From: Mobula hypostoma
Lineage: Eukaryota
Length of the DNA stretch: 64,000 nt
Assembly: GCF_963921235.1 (NCBI RefSeq)
Contig: NC_086097.1
Span: forward strand, 148,368,001 to 148,432,000
Reading direction: 5' to 3'
Under the pieces are notes generated by a model. The model was not told the origin of the DNA. It ran no database searches and worked only from the letters and a program-made list of their open reading frames with translations. A program made the position numbers and the translations under genes. Positions 12,130 through 25,444 of this stretch are shown here, piece by piece (positions within the stretch are counted from its first letter, which is position 1; every line of letters begins with the position of its first letter).

Positions 12130-12565
12130 ACCAAAGCTATACATCTGCAACCTGGCTTGCTGTCTTTTATATTCAACGCTCTGACAAACAAAGGTAAGTA
12201 TGCTGTACAATTGATTTTCTACCCTTATCTACTTTTGTTGGACCTTCCAGAGAGCTATAGATTTGCACCCTGAGATCCTTCTGTACATCAGTGCTCCGAA
12301 GGGCCTTGCCACTGAATGTATACTTTCCTTTTACATTTGACCTCCCAAAGAGCAAAATTTTACACTTGTCTGGATCAAGCTCCATCTGCCATTTCTCTTC
12401 CCATATTTCCAACTGGTCGACATCCTTCTGAGTTTTATGAGAACATTCTTCAATCTCCACATCTTCGACAACATGTGCGTCATCTACAAATTCAAGTCAT
12501 TTGTATATATAAACAACAGAAGTCTCAGCAATGAGCACTGTGGAACTACACTGGTCACAGACCTA
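12130..12565 (-). mobile_element. CR1 LINE RT fragment
   Basis: Minus ORF 12173-12460: DVDQLEIWEEKWQMELDPDKCKILLFG...KDLRVQIYSSL. Confidence 0.85.
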
Positions 12566-12593
12566 GATTAAATATTTTTTATTAGAACTGGGA

Positions 12594-12874
12594 CGTGGCC
12601 AAGTGGTTAAGGCGTCGGTCTAGTGATCTGAAGGTCGCTAGTTCGAGCCTCAGCTGAGGCAGCGTGTTGTGTCCTTGAGCAAAGCACTTAACCACACATT
12701 GCTCTGCGACAACACTGGTGCCCTTCCCTTGGACAACATCGGTGGCATGGAGAGGGGAGACTTGCAGCATGAGCAACCGCTGGTCTTCCATGCAACCTTG
12801 CCCAGGCCTGCGCCCTGGAAACCTTCCAAGGCACAAATCCATGGTCTTATGAGACTAACGGATGCCTATAAAAA
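12594..12874 (+). mobile_element. tRNA-derived SINE with CORE-like middle and RTE-like tail (copy 1)
   Basis: A box TGGCCAAGTGG, B box GTTCGAGCC, gtgtccttgagcaaagcacttaac core, A-rich end; TSD agaactggga (12584-12593 / 12875-12884). Confidence 0.85.
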
Positions 12875-13358
12875 AGAACTGGGAAGGAGGCAGGGTGGAG
12901 CTGGGGGCTGTTACTTAAATGTGAAACCAGTGTGACCTTGTGGATAAACTGTAAACTTATCTGGTCAGTGAGTGAATAGGAGTACTTAGAGAGTGACAAC
13001 GTAAAAAAAAAATCATGGATCTAAAAATGCTGGAGCTGAAAAATGTAGTCCATGTCGACAGACCGAGCTGCTTAGGCTGTGTGTGTATCCTCTACTGGCA
13101 AAGGGCAAAAATAAGGAAAAAGCCGATGATAAAACACAATAAACATCTGCACCATCAACAGAATAAATTCTGAAGATGTTGTAAATCTTGAGTAATACAC
13201 TCAGAACTCTGAAGCAACTCAGCAGGTCAAGCAGCATCTATGAGTCTTGATGAAGGGTCACGGCTGGAAATGTTGAAAGTCTGACCTCCTGAGCTCTTCC
13301 AGCATTTTGTGTGCATTAATAAAAATCTGTCAAATCTGTCTCAGTTTGTTTGTTCTCA

Positions 13359-15560
13359 GAATCAGAATCGGGTTTAATATCAGTGGCAAATGTTGTGAAA
13401 TCTGTTGTTTTGTGGCAGCAGTACATTGCAACACATAATAATAAAAACTGTAAATTGCAGTAAGTAGTGTGTGTATGTGTAAATATGTGTTAAAATATAT
13501 CAAATTAAATAGTAGTGCATAAAGAGAAAAAAATAAAGTAGTGAGGTTGTGCTCATCGGTTTAACTTCCATTCAGAAACCTGAAGGGAGGGGGCAGGAAG
13601 CTATTCCTGATTTATCCCCAATGTTAGCAATGAGAAGAGGGCAAGTCCAGGAGTCTAGTGCCCATGAAGAAGATGACTGAGTTCACAACTTTCTGCAGTT
13701 TGTTTCAATCCTCTGCAGAGCTCCTCCCCCCATTTCAAACGGTGATGCAACCAGTTAGAATGCTCTCCACGGTACATCTGTAGAAATTTGCAAGAGTCTT
13801 TGGTGTCATACCAAATCTCCTCAAACTCCTAATAAAATATAGCCGCTGTCGTGACTTCTCTGTAACTGTGTCGATACATTGGGCTCAGTTTAGACCCTCA
13901 GAGATATTGACACTCAATAACTTGAAATTACTCATCCATTCCACTTCTGATCCTTTGTCAAACACTGATGTGTGTTCCCTCATCTTACCCTTTCTGAAGT
14001 TCACAATCAATTCGTACTAACATTGAGTGCAATCTTGTTGCTGTGACATCACTCATCCAGATGATCAATCTTGCTCCTGTACACCGTCTTGTCACCATCT
14101 AAAATCCTGCTAACAATAGTTGTGTCATCAGCAAATTTACAGGTAGCATTTGAGATGTGCCTAGCCACACAGTTATGGGTGTAGAGAGGGTAGAGCAGGG
14201 GTAAGAACACATCCTTGAGTGCGCCAGTGTTGATTATCAGTGAAGTAGCGATGTTATTTCTGATCTGCAGAGACTGTAGTTTTCTAGTGAGGAAGTCAAG
14301 AATCCAGTTGCAGAGCCAGGTAAAGAGACCTAGGAAATTGAAGTCTTCGATCAGAACTGCAGGAATGATTGTTAAATGCAGCACTGTTGTCAAAAAACAG
14401 CAAAGTATTATTATCATCCGGGTGATCCAAGGTTGTGTGCAGAGCCAATGAGATCGAATCTGCTGTAGACCTATTGTGGCAGCCAGCAAATTGCAGTGTG
14501 TCCATGCTTTGGTAGGCGTTGATCCTCAAAACACTAATCACTGTAAACGTGAGGATTATGGGACGACAGTCATTAAGGCAGCTCACCATTGCCCTTTTTT
14601 AGAAGCAGATGGGAACATGCAACAGTAGCAAAGAGAGATATAAAATGTTTTTGAGCATACCCATCAGCTGGTTGGCACAGGTATTCAGAGCCCTATCGGG
14701 TACACCATTGGAGCATGTCACCTTACGAGATTTCACCCTCTCAAAAGACTTCTGAGGCTGACCTGCAAGTCAGAGATCACAGGGTCAGCGGATGATGCAG
14801 GTATCCTCATACTTGTATTTTATTCTCCTCCTCAAAGTGTGCATAAAAGACGTGGAGCTCATCCGGGAGTGAAGCATCACCGCCATTCATGACATTAGGT
14901 TTCACTTTGTAGGAAGTAATGGCCTGAAAACTCTGCCAGAGCTGATGAGCATCCGATTCTGCCGCTACCCTCAATCAGAGTTGTTCTTTTGTTCTTGAGA
15001 TAGCTTGCACCTGGCCTTCCTGTACAGTCCTGGATCACCGAACTTGAATGCCACAAATCTATCCCTCTGCAGATTATGAATTTCTTGGTTCATCCACGGC
15101 TTTTGATTTGGGTATGTACAGTATGTTCTCATTGGCACACACTCATCCACACTCATCCAGCAGTCCCTTAAGCACTCCTCTGCCTCCCTTGTCCATACGT
15201 TCTTGGTCCTCTGTACTGGTGCTTCGGTCTTCAGTTTCTGCCTATACCCCACCTCCTCTGCCTTTGAAAGACTCAGCAGTCCTAACTTTGCAGTGAATCG
15301 TGAAGCCAGTGAGCTGCATTGCTGCATCCGTAGTGGTGGGAAATAGCCGAGTGTCTGTGAAACAAAAAACAAACTGTCCCTGATGTCCTCTGGTAAGGCA
15401 ATTTTGCTCCGTGATCTTTGACTTTATTTTCTGATAGAATAGACAGTAGTGGAAGTCAGAATCCTCTTCTCTTTAAACAAACTTTAATCCGGCACGGCAT
15501 CATCTCTTCTTCTGTCTTAAAGGGAAACTGCACTTGCAACTGGAGACTGCCATTCAACGT
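13359..15560 (-). mobile_element. Rex1/Babar element, long decayed copy with internal deletions
   Basis: (cagaat)n tail at 13357; minus ORFs [10 protein letters not shown]...[25 protein letters not shown] and YPNQKPWMN. Confidence 0.9.
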
Positions 15561-17149
15561 TCATCAACTCAGAGTAGCGATAGATTTTTAAAAATACATT
15601 AACAAGATGTTGCTGACTGTATTGTCCATGGCTGTAACTGTGGATTTCAGATGTAGCAGTCTAAGACAGGAATATTTGAAGATTTCCTTTGAGCTTCTCG
15701 CATGTGTTGCCTTCTTAGTGGTGTCACCAGAAATATTTTTCCCCCATTTGTTCCCCTCTGGAAGTGGAGAATACGGCTAGACTGACCCGTTGGGCATGTC
15801 TTCTAACTCTATATTTCACAGGTCCTATACTCTTCTGTCTATGTTCCTCTATCTATAGTTCTAACTCTATCCACAAGGTCATTCTGACTCTATTCTGTCA
15901 GAGACATCCCACTTAATCCACTTTAACAAGATTCCTTATCTCCTTCCGATTTCTGAAGAAGGGCCTCTGACCTGAAACATCAGCACAGTTTCCCTTCCCA
16001 CAGTTACAGCCTGACTTGCTGAGCTTTTCCAGCAGTTTCTGACTTTGTTTCAATTCCAGAGCAATTCGGGTATTTTACCTTCAGCTCAAACAAATTTCCT
16101 GTTTCTGCACGGTGATGCTAGGTATTACTGCCCACATTTGCACAAAATACCATATCAATTTAAGTTAATTTCCTTTCTAACTATATTACCCTCCAGTAAA
16201 AGTGTTCTATTACCCTAAAAACTTCCCGCAGTAACTTGTGTGGCTGCCATTTGAACTTGTTGCAATTGAATCTGGCAATTTCCTTCAATAATGATGAGAA
16301 TATTGTCTAAATCATTTCAACTTCATTTGTTTTGGAAAACAATTGAAAATGAATTTGTCATGAAAGTATTTTGCTATTGAATGAAAATATGGAAATAGTT
16401 AAAGGGTATTTTTCATCTGAAGAGTAAAGTGTATAGAAGGAGCATTAGCCTGAACTGATGTGGCATTGTAGCTCATCTTCAGGACATCCTGAGATGTTGC
16501 ATAGCTAATTAATCCTTTTCAAAGTGTAGTCCCTGAAATGGGGGCAATGAGTGCAAAAAATGGCTCCATAAATAAAAATGTTGTAAATGACTGGTTCTTC
16601 ATTGCCCAACACTTGATAACAAGATTATTTATTTCTCTCTGGACCTAATGTTTTGATGTCTTCAGAGTTGCCCTTCATACTTCTGTAATCTCAATAAACC
16701 GAAGTAATTAGCATTCCCAGTTCCTCAATTAACAAAGACACGCAGCTAATGATGACAAATGACATGTTCTGTGTAGAGTGGAGCTACCAGGACATTAACA
16801 GTACATTCTATCTAGGAAACATTATATTTTAGGAGGAATTTATTGACCAGAAAGACATAAGATGATATTAAAAATAATCTCTGACTAGCTCCATAATGCT
16901 GGTTTGTTGCAGCTAATGCTTCCATTAAACCTGATTAAAGATTGCTAAATTAACTATACCATTCTCTTCTGAGTGACTGGGCTTAAACTGATAATTTCGG
17001 AGGGCAAAGCAATGATCCACAGACCAAGACTTTTCAACTGTAATACAAACAGCAATCCATTAAAATGAAGAAATGATCCTTTTTATTATAAATGGAGACC
17101 CTAGACCACAATATTTACACAGAGGTCAGAAATAAAAGGAGAAAAATCT

Positions 17150-17400
17150 GGTTTGCATTTACATAGCACCTTTCATAGTTTCTGGACATCCAAAGTCATG
17201 AATTACTGAGAGCATTGTAAGCTATGAAATATTCTAATCAGTTTGCATATCACAAATAGCAATGGAGCAATGACAATAATGAAGATGTAATAATAATTGT
17301 TTAAGAAAATAGTTGAGGAAAATATTGGCCTGTACTTTGTAGAGTTGGGAAGCTCTCCTATTCTTTTTCACTACAGACCTTAGGGATCTTCTTCAGAACA
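17150..17400 (-). mobile_element. Ancient Deu-domain SINE relic (SacSINE1/AmnSINE1-like)
   Basis: ttgcatttacatagcacctt...cacaaatagcaatg...gttgaggaaaatattggcc...gggatctt follows the motif order I recall for this family; highly diverged. Confidence 0.5.
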
Positions 17401-17560
17401 TTGCTGTCAGATTTTTTACAGTCACTCAATAGGGCATGCACCCTATGTGGACTCATGACAAAGTTCAAAGCAGAAACAAATGGGTCACTTTTGGTTTAAA
17501 AGCTGTGATTACTGGGGCATTGAAGGAATCTTTGCTGGAACCCCAGCTGTTCACAATCTA

Positions 17561-18119
17561 CACTCAATGCCACTCTTTTTAGGTACACCTGTACGCCTGC
17601 TCATTAACAAAAATATATCATCAGCTAATCATGCGGCCGTAACTCAATGCATAAGAGCAAGCAGACGTGGTCAAGCAGCTCAGTTGTGTTCAGACCAAAC
17701 GTGAAAATGGGGAAGAATGTGAATCAAAGTGACTTTGACCATGTAATGATTGCCGGTGCCAGACAGGGTGGGCTGATTATCTCAGAACCCCTGGGGTTTT
17801 CATGCACAATGGTCTCTAGAGTCTACAGAGAATGATGCACAAAACCCCCCGAGAGAAAGCATGTGGTAGTTCTGTGGGGTTAAACGCCTTGTTAATGAGA
17901 AAGATCAGAGCAGAAAGGCCAGACTAGTTCAAGCTGACAGGAAGGGGACAGTAACCTCAATATTAAAAAAGTGGTGTGCAGAAGAGCATCTCCAAATGTA
18001 TAAGCATCAAACCTTGAAGTGGACGAGCTACAGCAGTGAAGGACCACGAATATAAGCTCAGTGGCCACTTTATTAGGTACCAAGATACAGAAGGTGCCTA
18101 AAAAAGTGGTCACTGAGCG
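17561..18119 (+). mobile_element. Non-autonomous Tc1/mariner relic
   Basis: TIR-like ends (ta)cactcaatgccactctttttaggtacacc / gtgcctaaaaaagtggtcactgag; transposase N-terminus MGKNVNQSDFDHVMIAGARQGGLIISE...VSRVYRE. Confidence 0.85.
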
Positions 18120-18199
18120 CTTGCCCATTGCATCAATAAGGGGAAACATGCGAATATATTAATGTGTTTCAATGATACAATGCAGGCAGTGGCGACTGT

Positions 18200-18965
18200 G
18201 AGACAGGGATTTCAGGGCATTACAGATTGGCAACCCAAATGGGCAAGGACTTTGCACATGGAATATAATATGGTAAAACATGAGGCCTTCTACTTCGCTT
18301 AAATAAATCGGAAGGATTTTTTAAATGGTGAGAGTGACTTGTGTTCTGATGGATCTAGACATCTTTGTGCATAAATCACTGAATTAACTTGCAGGTATAA
18401 ATGACAATTAGGGGTGTAAGCAGTAGATTGGCCTTTATTACAAAATAATTTGAATACAAGAGTTGAAATATTGTATTTTATTCCAGTTACACACATGAGG
18501 GTGCAACATCTAACATCTCCCTAACTAGTGAAGGGTATATTTGCCGAAGATAGAGTACACTGAGGAGTCACCAGATCGATACTTGGTGGTGGTGCTGTGG
18601 AGTGGCATTATTAATATGCTAATTAGTGAAAGATTGAGACTATATGCAGTTGTATGTTCAGAAGAAAATTCTGAACACGTAGAAAATTCAACAGAGGTTG
18701 ATGTGGCGAATGCAAGGATGATATTTCTATTGGCCTGAGTGACCAGAAAAAAAGAGCCATAGACTCAAAATATGGTGTCTGCCATTTCGGGCTAAGTTCT
18801 TCATCCAGAAGAAAATGAATTTTTGGAATTCTCTATCCAAGAGACTGAGGGGACTTAATCACAGAATATGATAAAGAATGATAGATTTTTCAGTATTAAA
18901 GGAATCAAACATGATTACCCTCATGTAGAAAAGTGGTGCTAATGTTAAAGATCAAACATGGTCTA
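18200..18965 (+). mobile_element. Old CR1 3' fragment
   Basis: Decayed W.MEYN..K coding sequence and ttcttcatccagaag...tggaattctctatcc 3' motifs. Confidence 0.6.
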
Positions 18966-19049
18966 TTGAAATGCAGTGTACAGAAAAGCTGACCCTGATT
19001 CCATTTCTCTTGTTCCTAATTCCTTACAAACTGTAGCAAACACCTCAGT

Positions 19050-19385
19050 GGGCTGCAGAGTAACACAACCAGTGGAGCCAATTGTTCATAGCACCAGAAG
19101 CCCATGTTCAATCCTGACCTCGGGTTCTGTCTATGTGGAGTTCGCACATTCTCCCTCTGACCATGCGTGCTTCCTCTGGGTGCTCCAGCTGTCTCTCACA
19201 TCCCGAAGCGTATCGGTTGGTAGGCTAATTGGTCACTATAAGTGACCTCTTGATGAACTGAGGAAAGTGTGGGGAGAGTAAAAAAATAGATTTAATGTGA
19301 GGTTAGTGCCAAGTGGGTGGATGATGGTCAGTGCAGACTCAATAGGCTGTAGAGCCTATTCTGTACTACTTGTCACTATGATTTT
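19050..19385 (+). mobile_element. HE1-like V-SINE
   Basis: gttcaatcctgacctcggg B box, gtggagttcgcacattctcc V-domain, CR1-like tail. Confidence 0.75.
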
Positions 19386-20244
19386 ACAACTTTGTGACTC
19401 TGTTTGTTCATTAAAGTAGTTATCTCCATAGTTTTGAATATACTGTATTCAGTATATAATTTATCTGAAACATTTGATAACTCCAATTAATAATTACAGC
19501 AAATGTAACTATGCAATGCAGTTGGCACATTGCTTGAGATCATAAACTGAGTGGTGACTATCTCCGCTTTGATTGACTTCAGCATTCTCTTATCTTTCCT
19601 ACTTCTCTTCTAAATCCTAGTCCCTTGGAATATATGGAAAAATAGCAGCATTTTATGTCTTGTTCACAATTTATAATCCCACACAATTTCAAACTGATAT
19701 CGGGGTGTTATTGTCACGTGTACTGTCAGGGGGTTATTGTCACGTGTACTGAGATATAGTGAAAAGTTTTTGTTTGCATGCTATCCAGAAAGATCATTCC
19801 TTCAGATTAGTAAACAGAAAACAGAATGCAGTATTATCATTTTTGAGAAACTGCAGTACAGTGTAGGTAGACAAATAAAGTGTAAGGGTCACAATGAGGT
19901 AAGCTGGGAGATCAGGAGTTCATCTTTTAGTGTGTGAAAGATCCAGTGAAGAGGCTGAAAGCAGCAAGATAGAAGGGCCCTTGTGTCTCATGGTACCTCC
20001 TCTCAAGGTTTTGTTTCTTCTGCCTGACAAGAGAGTGAAGAAGAGAGAGTGACTAAGGCAGCTCAAGTTCTAGTTTAAGTTCAAGTTTATTGGCATTCAA
20101 CCAATGGACCAATGTGTACAACACCTTAAATATAACTCACACACAACACATAAAGTAATATTGCCACAAAAATAAAATACTGTATATTCCAGAAGATTAA
20201 CAATTAAGCCTAGAAATATTATACTCTGTTTCCTTATCTGAACA

Positions 20245-21130
20245 TCAGACAAAACGGGCTGGAGGAACACAGTAGGTTAGACAGAATCTAGGGAAATAAG
20301 TAAATGGTCGGCATTTTGGACCTTGACCCTTCTTAGGGACTGGAAAGAAAGGGGGAAGGTGCCAGAATAAAAAGGTGGAGGAGAAGAAAGAGGACTAGCT
20401 AGAAGGTGGAAGGTGAAATCAGATGGGTGGGAGAGGAAAAGGGCTGGAGAAGAAGAAATCTCATAGGGGATGAGAGTGGACCATTAGAGAAAGGGATGGG
20501 CACCAGGTGGAGGAGATGAGCAGGTAAGGAGAAGCAGTAAGAGGTCAAAGTAGGGAAAAGAAGATGAGGGAAGAGGAAGGGAAAAAATATCAAAAGAAGG
20601 AATCAATGTTCATGCCATCTGGTTGGAGGCTACCTAGTTGGAATAAGGGGTGTTGCTCCTCCAGTCTGAGCGTGACACAAGAGGATACCATGGACTGATA
20701 TGCCAGAATGGGAATGGGGATATGAATTAAAATGGTTTGGAAGTGGAAAATACCATTTTTGGTGGACGGAATGGAAGTGCTCCACAAAGTGGTCTCCCAA
20801 TTTACATTTGGTCTCACCAACATAAAGGAGCTGCATCAGGAGCACTGGATATAATAGCTGCCCCCAACAGATTCGCAAGTGAAGTTTGGAGTCCCGATTG
20901 AGGTAGGGAAAGGTGAAAGGGCAGGTGTAGTATTTCTGTCACTTTCAGGGATATGTGGCAGGAGGAGATTAGTAGGGAGGATTATATAGACAAGGCAATC
21001 ACGGAGGGGGGCATGATCCCATTGAAAATAGCCTTCTTTTTGGGGTATAGAAGTATATAGGGACTGGACATCAACGGTGAAAATGAGGAGGTCAGGGCCA
21101 GGGAGTTGAAAGCTGTTGAGGACATTGAGA
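20245..21130 (-). mobile_element. PLE 3' fragment (GIY-YIG plus pLTR)
   Basis: Minus ORF LLYVGETKCKLGDHFVEH...HFN and RLEEQHPLFQLGSLQPDGMNI; pLTR at 20245-20345. Confidence 0.9.
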
Positions 21131-21139
21131 GGATTGTTT

Positions 21140-21720
21140 GTTTTGTGTGGGGTGGAAAGATTCCTGTGGTATCCACCAGAAACTGCCTGCCATTCTAAGA
21201 AAAACCCTTATTCATGCTCTCCATTTCCTGAAAATTATCAACGCAGGCCAGTGCATTACCACTAATCCAAGGTGCCAATACACAATATCTATTGATTCTC
21301 TATTATTAAATCTACAAGTTACATCCTTAATAAACTCCAGTAGATTTTACAAATTTAATTTCTCTTTTACAATCTTTGACTTTGTCTAATGCAGTAGTAT
21401 TTTTCACAAGCTTTTTATCGTTTCTTTAAAAATAGACTCCAATATCTTCTGTTCCAATTATTTTAGGCTAATCACTTCTTCGCTTTCTCCCTTTCTTCCT
21501 TTTTTAAAAAGGTAGGACTTCATTTGGTGCCCTCCAATCTACAGGAATCATTTCATAATCTGTCAGATTTTGTAAGGTGACAGCCAATGTGAATTATATT
21601 TTTATAGTTATTTCTTTTACTACTCTGGGATGCAGATTATCAGGCCCTACGAATTTAACGGCTTTCAGCCTCATTAATTTCTTTAGCAATATTTTTTAAT
21701 TAATATTAATTTCATTTAAT
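21140..21720 (-). mobile_element. Old CR1 RT fragment
   Basis: Decayed reverse-complement KADKSPGPD / VP.DWR.AN / PLFKKG pattern. Confidence 0.55.
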
Positions 21721-22064
21721 ACCTCTTACAAATTTCTATCGTTCCCTCTTAATATTTTTAGCTTGTTTTTAGTCATTTGTTCTATACTTTCTCTTCATAG
21801 ACATGTATGTTAGGCCGTGCCTTCACCAGAATAAGATCTTAGACCAGCCTCAAAATCTGTTTATTGTGATGCCTGTGCCCTCTATGCTTCTGGAATTATC
21901 CACAGCAGGCACCTCAAAGTATAGAAAAATTAACAGCAATGCTGTCTCTCTAAAATCCTTGAAATCCACTGGAAATCAAGTGAACCAACATCAGTTTCCT
22001 ATTACAAGTCAATAACCCTAATATTGACACTTCAGTTATTCTCAAATAACTACTCTTGGCAGAT

Positions 22065-23115
22065 TGGACCTTTGACAAGGTGCTGCATGTGAGGCTGCTA
22101 AACAAAATGAAAGCTCATGGTATTACAGAAAAGAAACTAACATGGACAGATTTTGGCTGGCTAGCAGAAGGCAAAGAGTGAGAATAAAGGGTTTTTTTTC
22201 TGGTTGGCTGCCAATGACTAGAGTTGTTTGTCAAGAGTCAGTATTGCATCCACTAATTTTCTCGTTATGCATTAATAATCCAGATGAAGAAATTTCTGGC
22301 TTTGTGATCAAGTTTGTGAATGATAAGAGAAGAATTTGATGGCTTTGGGCTTGTACTTGCTGGAGTTTAAAAGAATGAGAGGAGGATCCCATTGAAACCA
22401 AATACTTAAAGACATGGAGAGGACATTTTCAATAGTGAAGAGCCTAGGACTCTTCTAGACACCTAGTCTAGAAGCATTAGAATAGGAGAATCAGAATTAG
22501 AATAGAGATGAGGAAGAATTTCTTCAGTCTGAGGGTGATGTATCTGTCGAATTCAATGCCACAGATGTCTGTGGAGGACAAGTCACTGGGTATATTTAAA
22601 GTGGAGCTTAGTCGTTTCTTGGTTGGTAAGGGTGTCAAAGAAGGCAAGAAGGCATGAGAATTCAGATGGACAATAAATTAAGGTTCAAGATTCAAGATTC
22701 AAGATTCAAGTACATTTATTAGCAAAGAATGTATAAATTATACAACCTTGAGAATTGCTTGCTCACATAAGGCCACAAAGCAAGAAACCTGAAAGAACCC
22801 AATTAAAGAATATAAGAATGAAAATAAAAATAAAAGACCAACACTCAATGTGCAAGGGAAAAAAATACAAGACATGCAAACAATTGAAGGGAACAATAGC
22901 ATTCTGAACCAAAAATGAGTCCTTAGATCTGATTCCTGGAGCGGCCCGGGGTAGGCCCAAAGCTCACTTATCAATTCATCATATTAGTGGGCATGGAACC
23001 AGGGTAGCCTTCATAGCCTCAGCATTCAATCATAGTCTTAGCTACAATTAAATGATGGGGCAGACTCAATGGGCTGAATAGCTTAATTCCTCTCTGATGT
23101 CTTATCATCTTATGG
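22065..23115 (+). mobile_element. CR1 RT/3' fragment interrupted by a Rex1 tail (~22682-23040, minus)
   Basis: FDKVLHVRLL...WLASRRQRVRIKG...W..MTRVV; inserted segment begins with (ttcaaga)n; CR1 tail at 23050-23115. Confidence 0.8.
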
Positions 23116-24350
23116 CCTTTTGGACCATGTTATTTGCATAACTTAAACTAGACTCCCAAAACAGACATTCTATTCCTTGCTCTGTCCTGGGAGAGATTAC
23201 CAAGGAAATGGAGGAAAAGATGCAAGGCTTTGCTGAAAGATACCTTTAAGAAAAGTTCCATTTCCACTGACTGTTGGGAATTTCTAGGCTATGACTTTGT
23301 TTTCTAGTGCATCTCCTTTCCTTGCGTTCTGAAAAAAGGTTGGAAGCGGTGAAACTGGAAAGAGAGCAAAATGTCGGCAGATCTACCCCAGGGGATATGA
23401 AACTCTGGTTAACATCAAACACTTTCCTTACGTGGTTAGGGTCAGGGTTTGGTTGTATTTAGGTGTGAATGTATCTCCAACTTGGAAAAAGGTCATTGGA
23501 AATGCTGAACAGCACGGAGAAATTTTGGTAGAATCTTGGCTAAATACTTCTCCCTATGTTCTATCACTTTTAAATAACAGCTAGAGCAGAAGCAGCAGGT
23601 ATTATTAACTCTTGGGATGGAACATCTGAGTGTATTTTGTTGGACTCCAGACCAGACACTCTTTACAGATAAAAAAAATGGCTGAAGAATGGCAGAAACA
23701 AGGAAAATAATGTCGACGCTTTCCTTCCATCTTTCACAATTATTCTCCACTCTTAATAAAATGAGCATTTGTAATGCGGCATGCAATAGATTTATAAATG
23801 CAGGTTAGCCTAGTGATGATATTTATTTTCTAAGTGCATCATATTAATGTATCCTCAATATCTTGATTCTGAATTTAATCTAAATCCCATATCTGAAATA
23901 ACTTGGAAGTGATTTTGAGTCATGTCACTTCAGAATTTTCAGTCTCATTCTGGCCAAGCCCATCTATGTAAAGGTGAAATTTTTTCAACTGAAATGGAAA
24001 TCTATGCTTACAGACTTTTCCAAGTTCTACTGGAATTTGATTATTTTTTGGAAATCAAAAGGAGAAACAATCAAAATCTTCAAATTAGCGGAGATGAACA
24101 TGTGCATAGGACCAATAAATCAGACAGGAAAAACAATGAGCTCTCCATAACATTATAATTCTCAGATAATCCTAAATGTGCAATTTGCCATTCAGGTACT
24201 CCCACATGTAAATATTAGGTATTACACATGTAAGTGACAGATGATTGATGGGTTGAACAAGAAACATAACTGATCAAATTATCTGTCTAACAACTACACA
24301 GCAAGCAAAACTGTGTGATACAGATTACTTCCATACTTTCTTACAACATA

Positions 24351-24650
24351 TAGGCATCCATTAGTCTCAGGAGACCATGGATTTGCACCTTGGAAGGTTT
24401 CCAGGGCGCAGGCCTGGGCAAGGTTGTATGGAAGACCAGCAGCTGCCCATGCTGCAAGTCTCCCCTCTCCACATCACCGATCCAAGGGAAGGGCAATAGG
24501 ACCCATACAGCTTTGCACCAGTGTCGTCGCAGAGCAATGTGTGGTTAAGTTCCTTGCTCAAGGACACACACACTGTCTCAGCCAAGGCTCGAACTGGCGA
24601 CCTTCAAATCACTAGACCAATGCCTTAACTACCTGGCCACACACCAACAC
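24351..24650 (-). mobile_element. tRNA/CORE/RTE-tail SINE (copy 2)
   Basis: Reverse complement of the 12594-12874 family. Confidence 0.85.
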
Positions 24651-25094
24651 AATGGAAGACCATTTAGCCCATCAGGTCTATGCCAGCTCTCAGAGAAATC
24701 CCATCATTCCTGTTCCACCATATTTCTCTGCAGCTCATTCTCTCCCTTCTGCCTTTTAATATCACTACAGTGTCCATCCCTCCTGTCCTACCCCATTCCT
24801 GCCAGCAGCCACCACCATCAAGGCTGATTTATTGCAGTAACTAATCTAAATTGAAGATCCTTGGAATTTGGGGGGAAAACTGATTACCTGGAGGAAATTT
24901 ACATTCACTCTCAGGATTAGATCTTTGATGGTTCTGTGGTGGGAATGTTCCAGAAATCTGCTAAACAGTGACAAGGCCTCCTTTAGTCACTTGGACAAGT
25001 CCCGAGCCTCACAGGCAAACCAGTGCTTAGATAAAGTGTCACAGTTTTATTTCTTTGCCACAACAGTTATTACAACAGATCACATGATCTACAG

Positions 25095-25444
25095 CAGTGG
25101 TCCCCAACCTCTGGGCCGTGGACCGATACCGGGCCGCGAAGCATGCAGGGGTGCAGCGGTATCTGGGACGCACCCAGCACATTTTTAAGAAAAAAGCCAA
25201 AATAAACAAGCTAATTAATTAAGTGCCGCCCAGCATGTAAATGTCGGCCCAGATCAGAGGCGATTGCCGATTGCATCACCTCTGATCTGGGCCGACATTT
25301 ACGTGCCAGGCGGCACCTAATTAATTAGCTTGTTTATTTCGGCTTCTTTCTTAAAGGTGTGCTGGATGCGTTCCGGCTATCGCCGCACCCTTGCGTGCTT
25401 CACGGCCCGGTATCAGTCCGCGGCCTGGAGGATGGGGACCACTG
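25095..25444. mobile_element. hAT (Charlie-type) MITE, fully palindromic
   Basis: TIRs CAGTGGTCCCCAACC / GGATGGGGACCACTG; 8-bp TSD atctacag/atctaccg (25087-25094 / 25445-25452); arms pair up to the centre near 25270. Confidence 0.9.

Noticed and set aside
12591..12665. tRNA gene
   Set aside because: A and B boxes are present, but the sequence continues into a SINE body with a TSD and recurs three times.
15795..15900. Repeated ttctaactctat-like motifs
   Set aside because: Low-complexity pyrimidine-rich tract with too few units to define an array.
19702..19752. Short tandem duplication gttattgtcacgtgtactg
   Set aside because: Local duplication at a Rex1 tail; no further structure.
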